Assembly (NCBI GenBank): GCA_030704615.1
Contig: CM060732.1
Span: forward strand, 35,464,001-35,528,000
DNA length: 64,000 nucleotides
Source of the DNA: Takakia lepidozioides
Taxonomy: Eukaryota > Plantae > Bryophyta
Direction: 5' to 3'
In this document: positions 24,201 through 35,196 of the stretch, piece by piece
Layout: each line of letters begins with the position of its first letter
Numbering within the stretch: the first letter of the stretch is position 1
Position numbers and translations under genes: made by a program
Notes under the pieces: model-generated
Databases searched by the model: none
What the model saw: the letters and a program-made list of their open reading frames with translations, nothing else
What the model was told of the DNA's origin: nothing

Positions 24201-27160
24201 TGCGGCTGGAAAGCCTAAGTTGTTTGAGAGGTATCTGCTGTGGTGTAGTGACAGCAACACCAACTGAAGAGGAAACCAGCATTTACCCATCACATTTCTA
24301 TGAAAAGAAGAAGGAGAAATAGAAATCCTAGAAGAACCAGCCACTGTGAGCTTACAGGATGAAGTGGTGACTGGTTGGACAATCACAGCTGATGAGCAGG
24401 TGAGAGAAGTAAATGTGGGAACTAAAGAGGAACCGAGGATGGTGAAAGTAGGAGCTGATTTGGAGCCGGAATTCTTCGAAGAAGCTAAAAGCTTGTTCAT
24501 CAAATACAGAGATGTATTTGCTTGGAGCTATGAGGATCTAAAAGGGATACCACCTGAAGTCTGTCAGCATAAGATTGAACTGGAACCAGGGTCAGTACCA
24601 ATCAAGCAGGCGAGGTATAGAATGAATCCCAACTACGCACAGAAGGTTGGAGAAGAGATAAAGAAGTTGGCTGAGGCTAAGTTTATATACCCAATAGAGT
24701 ATACAACTTGGTTGTCACCCATTGTTATAGTTCCCAAGAAGAATGGCAAACTAAGAGTATGTGTGAACTATAAGAAGCTGAATGCTTGTACGAAGAAAGA
24801 TCCTTTCCCTTTGCCATTCACAGAAGCAGTATTAGACACTGTGGCAGGCCATGAGATGTACTCATTCATGGATGGCTTCAGTGGTTATAATCAAGTGCAA
24901 GTGGCAGAAGAAGACCAAGGGAAAACAGCTTTCATCACAGACTGGGGGGCTTATGCATACAAAGTCATGCCCTTTGGACTTTGTAATGCACCAGCGACCT
25001 TTCAGAGAGTGATAAGTGAATCTTTTCATGAGTATCTGGATGATTTCATGCAGGTTCTTGGATGATTTCAGTGTGTACAGCTCTAAGAATGAGCACTTGC
25101 ATAAATTGGAGTTATGTTTGGCCAGATGCAGGATGAGAGGTCTGGGCCTGAATCCAGAGAAGTGTACTTTCTGTGTGAACTCAGGGGTGCTTCTGGGACA
25201 CATTGTGTGTAAGAAGGGACTCCTTGTGGATCCCAGAAAGACAGAGTCCATTAAAGCCTCTCCACCACCAGTGAATGTTAAAAGTCTAAGGAGATTCCTT
25301 GGGCAAACCAGTTATTACAGAAGATTTGTCAAAAGGTATGCACAAATAGCAGCACCATTGAGCAAACTGAAGAAAGATGCAGTGTTTGCCTGGACAGCTG
25401 AATGTCAACAGGCGTTTGAGGAACTTACACTGTCAGTAACAACTACACCTGTGCTGATTAACCCTCACTGGCATGTAGTATTCATGTTCACTGCGATGCA
25501 TCAGGAGAAGCGTTGGGAGCGGTGTTAGCCCAGAATGTTACAGGAATATAGATTCACCTGTGTACTATGCTAGCCGGTTGATGAACAGTGCTGAAAGGAA
25601 CTAGCACAACGGAAAGAGAAGCATTGGCAATGATCTATGCAGTGAAGAAATTCAGGCATTACCTGTTGGGCAAGAAGTTTATGTTCTATGTGGATCACCA
25701 GGCTCTGATATACCTGGTAAACAAACCTCTGATAAGCGGAAGAATAGCAAGATGGTTGATAATCTTGCACGAGTTTGAGTTCGAGGTTGTTTACAAGCCT
25801 GGAGACTGCATCTTGTGGCGGATCATTTGTCACGACAACAGGAGAACCAGCCACAGGATAGATGATCAATTACCAGATGCGAGTCTTTGCAGTGGAGGTG
25901 CAGGGAAGTGCAGATGACTGGTTAGATTGGCAGTGGCCAATCAGATACTACCTTGCTCATGGTCAGTGCCCACCTAGTTATGGTAAGGAGCAGAGGAAGA
26001 GAATCGCTATCAAAGCTTTACCTTATACTATGGTAGGAAGCAGAATGTATAAGTTAGGACCTGATGGAGTACTAAAACGATGCTTGTACCACCATGAAGT
26101 AAATAAAGTTTTGGAGGAAGTTCAAAAGGAGTGGCTGGAGGTCATTTTGGAGAAGAGACTACCAGTAGAAAGATACTACTCGCAGGATACTGGTGGCCTA
26201 CTTTGTTCAAAGATGTACACGAGTATTGTCAGAAGTGTGATGAATGTCAGAGGCTAGGACCTTTGCAGAGATCTGGAAGGATGGCCTTGCATCCTACAAT
26301 GCCTACGGAACCATTTCAGAAATGGGGACTAGACTTTGTTGGACCAATTAACCACCATCCAAGAATACACGAAACAGGTACATAATTACAGCCACTGATT
26401 ATACTACAAAGTGGGTGGAAGCTAAAGCTTTGAGGGACAACACAGCCAAGTCCACAGCAAGGTTCCTGTACGAGAACATACTTACACGATTTGGCTGTCC
26501 CTTAGAATTTATCAGTGATCAAGGAAGTCACTTCATGAATGAGACCATTGAGTTGTTGACTAAAGAGTTATGATTGTGCATAGAAAGAGTACAACATATT
26601 ACCCACAGGGTAATGGGCAGGCAGAGGCTACCAACAAAATACTATGTACTATCTTGGCTAAGATAGTCAATGCAAACAGAACGGATTGGGATACAAAGCT
26701 GCTGACAGCTTTGTGGTCATACAGGACTTCATATAAAGTCACCACTAAGTATACACCATTCCAATTAGTTTATGGTATGGAAGCCTTACTTCCAGTGGAA
26801 TTCCTGTTACCTACCATGAGAACGGAGTGGGGAAAAGAATGGAATTGCAAGACTCCATCAAGGTCAGGAAACATGAATTATACCATGTGGAAGAAGTACG
26901 TGCTGATGCAGCTGATAATATGACCAGAATTCAGATGAAGCGAAAGGAACAGTTTGATGAAGGCAAGTTAAAGACTTTTAAGACGGGGGATTTGGTTCTA
27001 TGGTTGCAGAAGAAAGGAAAGATTCAAGCTTCTAAGCTTAAATCACCATGGAAAGGACCTTATGTCATACAAAAGATGTATGATAACAACACCGCCATGT
27101 TACAAACCATTAACAAAGAAATGCTGGGAAGAGTCAATGCAATAAGTTGAAGGGGTACAG
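21209..27160 (+). pseudogene. gag-pol: gag-pol of element A, frameshifted (PR ~23680-23990, RT ~24700-25250, RH ~25480-25800, IN ~26060-27160)
   Basis: Same motifs as copy B. RNase H motifs CDASG...TTEREALAMIYAVKKFRHYLLG...VDHQAL. No chromodomain and no second (archaeal-type) RNase H seen. Confidence 0.93.
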
Positions 27161-30100
27161 TGGTATCCATGACAAACCCTGCAGCATGATTTGCATGTTG
27201 AACCGCAAGAGCAGTCACGGGCTGCACCAGTGTTACGAACGGAGTATGGAGCACTTGTCGCTAGGCCCAGCATATATGACCAGGGTGGGCAAAACAAACG
27301 TGACACAGCCTATCACAGTAGCCTATCACAGCCATCACGACGTGACACAGCCTATCACAGCCCATCACAACGTGACACAGCCTATCACAGCCCAGCACGG
27401 CGCAACACAGCCTATCACAACCTACCACAGCGTGTCACAGCCTATCACAGCTTACCACAGTGCATCACAGCCTATCACAGCGTAACACAGTATGACACAG
27501 CCTGTCACAGCTCAACACAGCCTACTAAAGTTACACGATCCATAGAATCAGTGACAAGTGGACGCATAATAACTTCAGGAAAATGGCTGACGGAAGAGGA
27601 AACGGAAATTACTTTAAAAATAGACACGTGGAGGTCAGGGCGCGACACACAGCGAGAGGAAGTGCAAGAACAGGTGTCAAAAAGAAAGAGGACAAGAACG
27701 GCCGTCAAAAGGGATGAAAGGCGGGCCCATTAATGAATACGGAAAAAGGGAAACGGAACGAACGGGCAAGTACAGAAAAGCGAATTCTTGTCACATGTGT
27801 GATCCTAGTGGACTATCCAACAGGGAAAGTCCACTAAAGAAATAAAAATCTAAAATCCAGTCACAGCGGATACAGCCAATAGAAAACCAGAGAAAGGATC
27901 AAGAAAATGGAGGGAAATTGAGCGCAAGAGGCGGCGTCGTTCTGAGTAACGGGCGTCTCGACAGGACAGACCATCAATGCTATACTTGGAAACTATGGAG
28001 GAACTAACAGACTATACGCTCGCAATATTACTTACGCAGTGGCATAGACACGAAAGGACAGAGCGGAGCTTTTCTCTTGAGCGATGCTTGCAAGCCCCGC
28101 AGGCTTACAAGAAATTACCCATAGCTTTCTGCGGCAACCATACGTTTATGCTTTGTGCACTACAGGCATTCCTGCAGTTGTTACAGCCAAAACAGTTCTG
28201 TGAGTCTAAAATGAAGAGAGTGAGAGGAATGGAGGAAATCAGGGTGAAGAGCACCACAATTCTGCAGAAACAAACGATTGCTACCCCACAGGCGATACAG
28301 ATACTGGAGGAGCTGAGATTGCAAGGATTGCAAAGCCTAGATTGGACATTACACCATAGACAGTACATGTTACAATTTTTGCAGAACTTTGAGCCAAGGA
28401 CAGGAACAACAACGGTGAAGGGAGTTGAATTAATGATTACCCTATACCTCCAGCAATTGTTTCGATTGCCAGCAGGTCAGGTGCATGTGGAGGAAACACA
28501 GGGCAAGACTGCAAATAGGGGACTTATTCCAAGAAGGGAGTTTCTTTAAAACTCAGGGTTATGCTTGTACCAAGGCTGTGTACCCAGGGCTAAAAGAGGT
28601 AGGCCAGGTATTGAACGTTCTGATTGCCATGAAACAGAACCAACAGTATTTGAGCAGATCCTTCACGGAGGAAATACTCAAAGGCCTGAAGGGACAAGAG
28701 GTACAATGGGCGGACATAATGTACAACGCACTGGTAGAGGAGATGAAAAGATTACAAGGTACTACCGCAAAGTCTCCTATCATAGTGTCTGGCCCAATCA
28801 TTGCTCAAATAATCCTTGATTCTGGCATACTTGATGCGCAAGAAAGAAAGGAAATGGGAGTGTTTGAGCCAGAAACAACTGCAATGGAAGAGCAAGGCTC
28901 TTCACACAGTGAGGGTGGACTAGCAGGGCAACCCGAGACTAAGAGGCAGAGACGGGGAAAGACTGTAGTGGCGGATCCACTGGCTTCACGGATTCCGCAT
29001 GATAATGTTTCCCAAGCTCATGGCCAGGAAGGGGCACAGCAGCACAGAGAAATGCTATTACTGGAAGCAGGACCTTCAGAGAGGGAGGAGGAAGTTACTT
29101 CTGTATCACAACCATCACAGCCACTGACGACTTGTCACAAGGTCACAAGTTATCCATGCAGCTCAACCAGAAAAATAATTGATTTGGAAAGAGAAGGGTT
29201 AGATATTCCAACTACAGAACAGATAGTGGCAGAAAGAGAAGGGGGACCTTCTCTATGAATATTCTGGTCTGGTCAAGGAGACAGAAATCCCAGAGGTGCA
29301 ACAGTTGCCCAAGGGAAATCCTGAGGTGCATATAATACACACCTGTGTCGGAGGTACCACAGGCGGAAGGTCATGACACTGTAGCACCGGTGATAGATGA
29401 AGTAGTTCAGGAAGAAAATCCGGTGGGACAATGGCCTGAATGGTTCGTGAGACATCACACTGTTGAAGATCAGGAGGAACAGCAGCAACCTCACCATGAT
29501 GACCCTCAACAGGCAATGCTGATGAGTTCCATAGGCAGGACACTTAATTTGTTGGGGACTTATGTCAAATCCCATGTTCCAATTACCCAATTGACAGCCT
29601 TGAGAGAGGAACTCAGGAAGGAGTTTGAGGCTCGACTAGCCACTGAGTGTGCAAACAAGGTCGATGAAGAGGTCACTCTCAAGATGCAGCAGGACTTGGG
29701 AAATACAGAAATGGCTTTGCAATTGGCCAAGGAACAATTGATTGAGGCAGGCCTCGCGCAAGACCAGTTGCACGAAGCACATAAGCAACAGCTATACCAA
29801 ATGCAGGTGCAGCATGAAAGCAAGTTGCAAGAACTGAATGCACTACATACGGAGTTGCAGACAGTGCATAACAGGATGGCGATACAATGTGCTACATTCA
29901 CAACTATGCTTGACCAATCTACAAAAGAAATAAACAGTCAAGCGGAAAAATGTACGAAGGCAGAAGAAGAGAATGTTGAGCAAATGAAGCTCATTGTCGA
30001 TATGAAGAATACAATCTGTCGCAATGAAGATACTTTCAAGCAATACAGGCAGATTGAAGCTGATCAAGAGCACATCGTGGAGTTGCAACAAAATCATGGC

Positions 30101-31746
30101 CAATAGAAATGAAATCGCGGTCAATAACAAGGCTTGGAAGGAAGCCAATAATCTACTTGCTGCTATGCGCAATTGGTTGAACCTCAGGCGAAGCGCATGG
30201 AGGCTTTACAACAGCAGTTGGAATTGTACAAGCTAAGAGAGGAGCAAACTCTCAGGGGAACCACAAGCAACTTGGTGGATAACAGCCTTATGCAGGTCTG
30301 GTTAGCACAAGGGCCAGTAGAGGGCAAAGCACCACGGAAGCTCACCCAAAGCGAGATGAATGAGCTCAGGCTGCAGGTGCAGAACATTGCCACAACTACT
30401 ATAGACAATGTCTATAGTAGGATAGCAGAGTTACAAGAGGATGTAGACGGACTGCAGACTCAAGTGGAAGACCTCACTTCAAACATCGACCAAAGAGTCT
30501 ATATCCCTCAGGAACAGCTAATGGCTTCTTATTTACAAGCCAGAACTTTGGCTTTTCAGTCTTCACAGGAGGTGCAGGAGATGCCAATGATACAAGAGCC
30601 AGTACCACCACCACCACAACAAGTCACTGTACCAGTAGCTGAACCTGTGGTTACTACAACCACACCACAGCCACCACAGCCGGAGGTATGGGGCAATGCG
30701 CTTTTAACCCACCTAAAACTCCAGCTGCAAGGGAGTACAGTAGGGCTATGATTATGCCCTTCAACCAAATTCCCATCATGTTGGATTTGGCTTGGAAAGA
30801 ATTTAGTCCTCCGCAGTCATTCGCACACATTACTACCAAATCATGCGTATTTGGCTGCCAGTGGCAACTAGGACTAAAGTTCTTCCGAACAATCGACATA
30901 TTGAAGATCATCACTTTGCACAATACTGGCACGGCAGGTACCATGTTGAGGGAATTGATTGCTTTCCAGGTTGTACATGGACTCATTTATACCAAGACCA
31001 AGGAGTAGCAAGTATTGTCATGGGGTGCGGGTTATACTACGCTGCTTGTTTTCTGGTACGTTACCACATTGAGCAACAAAAGATGCAAACACGCTTTCTG
31101 AGTTATTCCAGTGGAGATCATTGGGTATTACCTTCGGTGCCACCTCATATGTACCTATATGACCCAAAAGTTATGATGCAAAAGGATTCTCAAATTCGTT
31201 CATGGTTTCAAGCGGCCTGGAACCATTTGTCAACACAGAAATTCGGCATTGATGACATTTTCTATAAGGGACATGTGGCATGGAAATACTTGCACGCTGC
31301 ACCAGTAATTGGTACCCCACTCACCTGGACAGACAAGGGAGCTCAGTGTCTACACCAATTTTGCTGTTCAGCGGTTACACCAAGTTGTAAAATACAAACT
31401 TCCAGACATGGTAGGACAGCATTGTATGCCCCAGATGATTCCACAAAAAGTTCGAAAATTAAAACACCTGAGAGGCGATGAGGATTCTGATACAACTGTT
31501 TCTTCACCGAATTCTTTTGACATGGGAGAAGACTATGCATTCAGATGGCAGAGAAGAAGCGACGGGGGTCTCCTATGCCGGAAAGGTTACCTCGATATCA
31601 GCCTCCAGAGGGCCTCACTTATCCAGGTAGTGATCAACCATCTCCGTCAACCAGAGACAGACCTCGGGCTCGTACACACAGTCCGCCACGAAACTCTCAA
31701 CGTCAAAAGGTGCTCACTCACAAAGGTTTGCTATCGAAATCAGTAA
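27161..31746 (+). pseudogene. Post-integrase accessory coding region of element A (~1,500 codons): TAYHS repeats, plant-transposon-protein-like domain, acidic linker, coiled coil, unknown C-terminal domain
   Basis: Overlapping ORFs from 27191 to 31746 that can be tiled with the other copies into one frame, ending ~20 nt before the PPT. Confidence 0.85.
27301..27525 (+). repeat. 10-bp/30-bp tandem repeat encoding TAYHSxxxxx (element A)
   Basis: cgtgacacag cctatcacag cccagcacgg ... regular 10-nt period, with cctatcacag as every third unit. Confidence 0.92.
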
Positions 31747-31766
31747 ACGTGAGGACACGGCTTTTT

Positions 31767-31779
31767 GAGGGGGAAGGGG
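31767..31779 (+). other. PPT of element A
   Basis: GAGGGGGAAGGGG then TAA|TGTTAG. Confidence 0.9.
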
Positions 31780-31782
31780 TAA

Positions 31783-32700
31783 TGTTAGAGGACTGTCGGG
31801 GACTTAGACACTTATACGGGATCTGTAGGGTACCTTAATTTTTGCACAGACTGAGACCAACAGGAGCCCTTAGGGGTGACAGCAGCGCACTGTAGAGGGG
31901 GTTACACAGCCGTCACAGTACACAGCCAACACAGCCCGTCACAGTCGTCACAGCCACAGCCAACACACACAGTCACAGCCCGTCACAGTCACAGCCACAC
32001 AGCCAGTCACAGCCCGACACAGCCAAACACACACAGCCAGTCACAGCCCGTCATTCACACAGCCAGTCACAGCTTGACACAGCTGTCACGATCATAGGGA
32101 ACGAAGAGTAGGACAGGGAACGACTGGCGGAACAACACCTGCGAAGGGAACATTTATGTCACAACACGTTAGTGAGGGAAACGGTTAGAACCGCGATAGA
32201 AGACAAAGGGAGAACGGGAATTAGGGACATCATTCGGAGGAGGACTTCTTGGTGATAGAGGAGAGGGATCGGGCAGAGATGAAGACGGAAGTGAAGATGA
32301 GAGATGATGAGTAGATGCTTGATATATGCAAGGCTGTAATGATATTGTAGAGTAGCTTAGAGACACAATGGCTTCGGCCTGATACCTGATAAATCATAAT
32401 CGGATACTTTTACGATACAATCACACTGTGTAGAGAGATCTGAGTGAAGCTGTGAATGAATGGATGATTTGATGGAATCCAATAGATTGATAAAGCAAAC
32501 TGATACTTAATTATCAATGGTAAGATAGTTAACATGAATACCAAAGGGAAACAAATAGGAAACACCCCCTGATATACTAGCTGTAGGTCATGACTGATTG
32601 TTCTGCGCGGGCGGGCTGAGTACTTAGAGATTTCCAACTCTTCATCTTGGAGTTTCCGCCTCAAATAGCGAAGGGATGGGTGAGTAAAAGCCGCGCGACA
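31783..32700 (+). repeat. 3' LTR of element A
   Basis: TG...CA, preceded by the PPT and followed by the TSD. Confidence 0.95.
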
Positions 32701-34189
32701 ACCACAAGCAACTTGGTGGATAACCAACTTATGCAGGTCTGGTTAGCACAAGGGCCAGTGGAGGGCAAAGCACCACGAAAGCTCACCCAAAGCGAGATGA
32801 ATGAGCTCAGACTGCAAGTGCAGAACATTGCCACAACTACTATAGACATTGTCTATAGTAGGATAGCGGAGTTACAGGAGGATGTAGACTTGCAGACTCA
32901 AGTGGAGGACCTCACTTCAAATATCGACAAAAGAGTCTATATACCTGTGGAACACTAATGGCTTTCGTATTACACATGCCAGAACTTTGGCTTTTCAGTC
33001 TTCTTCACAAGAGGTGCAGGAGATGCCAATGATACAGGAGCCAGTGCCACCAACACCACAACAAGTCACTGTGCAAGTAGCTGACCATGTTGTTACTACA
33101 ATCACACCACAGCCACCACAGTCTGAGGTATGGGGCAATGCTGCTTTTAACCCACCTAAAACTCCAGCTGCAAGGGAGTACAGTAGGGCTATGATTATGC
33201 CCTTCAACCAAATTCCCATCATGTTGGATTGGGCTTGGAAAGAATTTAGTCCTCCGCAGTCATTGGCACATTACTACCAAATCATGCGCATTTGGATACT
33301 AGTGGCAACAAGGACTAAAGTTTCTTCCCAAAATCGACCAATTGAGGCATCATCACTTTGCACAATACTGGCATGAGGCAGGTACAATGTTGAAGGAATT
33401 AATTGCCTTCCAAGTTGTACATGGATTCATTTATACCAAGACAAAGAGGTAGCAAGTATTTCATGGATGTGGGTTATACTACGCTGCTTGTGTTTCTAAT
33501 ACGTTCACATGGAGCAGCAAAAGATCAATCGCGCTTTCTGAGTTATTCCAGTGGGGATCATTGGTCTTACCTTCAGTGCCACCTCATATGTACCTATATG
33601 AGGCAAAAGTATGATGCAAAAGGATTCTCAAATTCGTTCATGGTTTCATGCGGCCTGGAACAATTTGTCAACACAGAAATTCGGCATATTGATGATATTT
33701 TCTATAAGGGACATGTGGCATGGAAATACTTGCAACAATTCACAAGTCATTGGTACCCCACTCACCTGGACAGACAAGGAACTCAGTGTCTTCACCAATT
33801 TTGCCGTTCAGCGTTTACAGCAAGTTTTAAAATATAAACTTCCAGACATGGTAGGACAACATTGTATGCCCCAGAGGATTCCACAAAAAGTTCGACAATT
33901 AAAACACCTGAGAGGCGATGAGGATTCTGATACAACTGTTTCTTCAGCGGATTCTTTTGACATGGGCGAAGACTATGCAATTCAGATGGCAGAGAAGAAG
34001 CGACGGGGGTCTCCTATGCCTGAAAGGTTACCTCGATATCAGCCTCCAGAGGGAATCACTTATCCGGGTAGTGTTCAATCATCTCCGTCAACCAGTGACA
34101 GACCTCGGGCTCGTACACACAGTCCGCCACGAAACTCTCAACGTCAGAAAGGTGCTCACTCACAAAGGTTTGCTAATCGCAATCAGTAA
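32701..34189 (+). pseudogene. 3' part of the accessory ORF of element B
   Basis: Resumes exactly at TTSNLVDN, where 19709 stopped. Confidence 0.9.
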
Positions 34190-34226
34190 ACCGTGAGGAC
34201 ACGGCTTTTTGAGAGGGAAGGGGTAA

Positions 34227-35196
34227 TGTTAGAGGACTGTCTGGGACTTAGACACTTATTACGGGATCTGTGGGGTACCCTTAATTTTTGCACAGATTGA
34301 GACCAACAGGAGCCTGAGGGGGTACAGCAGCGCACTTTAGAGGGGGGTTACACAGCCCGTCACAGCCAACACAGCCCGTCACAGTCGTCACAGCCGACAC
34401 AGCCCATCACAGCCAACACAGCCGTCACAGCCGACACAGCCCAGCACAGCCAACACAGCCCGTCACAGCCGACACAGCCACACAGCCAGTCACAGTCCGT
34501 CACAGTTTTACACAGCCAGTCACAGCTTGACACAGCTGTCACGACCATAGGGAACAGATAGCAGGACAGGGAACGATTGTGGGGAACAACACCTGCGAAT
34601 GGAACATGTTAGTTCACGGACGACGGTTAGTGAGGGAAACGGTTAGAACAACGGGTAGGAAGATAAAGCGGGAAGCAAGGACTGGGAAAAGGGGGAGATT
34701 CTTGAACACTTCTTGGGGGAAGGAAACTTCGGACATCAGGGAGGAAATGAGGCAGAGAGGTATCTCTGGCAGAAAGAGGGAGAGCATGGAGTAGGAGGAG
34801 GATGATCTGAGATGCTTAATGGAAGCAAGCTATAGAATTGTAATATAGAGTAGATTAGAGACACCATGACTTTAGCCTGATACTTGATAGATATTAATCT
34901 GATACACACTTCATACTCACACTGTGTAGAGAGATCTGAGTGAAGCTGTGGAATGAATGGATGAGTTGATGGAATCCGATACATTGATGAAGCAAACTGA
35001 TACTTAATTATCAATAGTAAGGTAGCTAAAATGAATCCGGGAAGGAAAACAAATAAGAAACACCCCCATGATACACTAGCTGTAGGTCATGACTGATTGT
35101 TCTGAGCGGGCTGAGTACTTAGAGATTTCCAACTCTTCTATCTTGGAGTTTCCGCCTCGGATAGCGAAGGGATGGATGAGTAAAAGCCGCGCGACA
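34227..35196 (+). repeat. 3' LTR of element B (PPT at 34211-34223)
   Basis: TGTTAGAGG...CGCGACA; same subtype as 9394-10260. Confidence 0.94.

Larger units (their letters stand above)
19710..32700 (+). mobile_element. Full-length (~13.0 kb) Ty3/gypsy element A, TSD ACCAC
   Basis: LTRs at 19710-20600 and 31783-32700, ACCAC at 19705-19709 and 32701-32705, PBS 20603-20620, PPT 31767-31779, gag-PR-RT-RH-IN order. Confidence 0.96.
9394..35196 (+). mobile_element. Ty3/gypsy element B (5' LTR truncated, internal 4.9-kb inversion, hosts element A)
   Basis: Matching subtype LTRs at 9394-10260 and 34227-35196, with PBS, gag, pol, accessory ORF and PPT. Confidence 0.9.

Noticed and set aside
25480-27160. 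Classification as Tat/Ogre or chromovirus
   Set aside because: No archaeal-type RNase H between RH and IN, and no chromodomain after IN, despite the Arg-like PBS and 5' ORF.
30990-31065. env gene call for the accessory ORF
   Set aside because: Only one moderately hydrophobic stretch, no signal peptide or fusion motifs seen, and the region appears fused to Pol.
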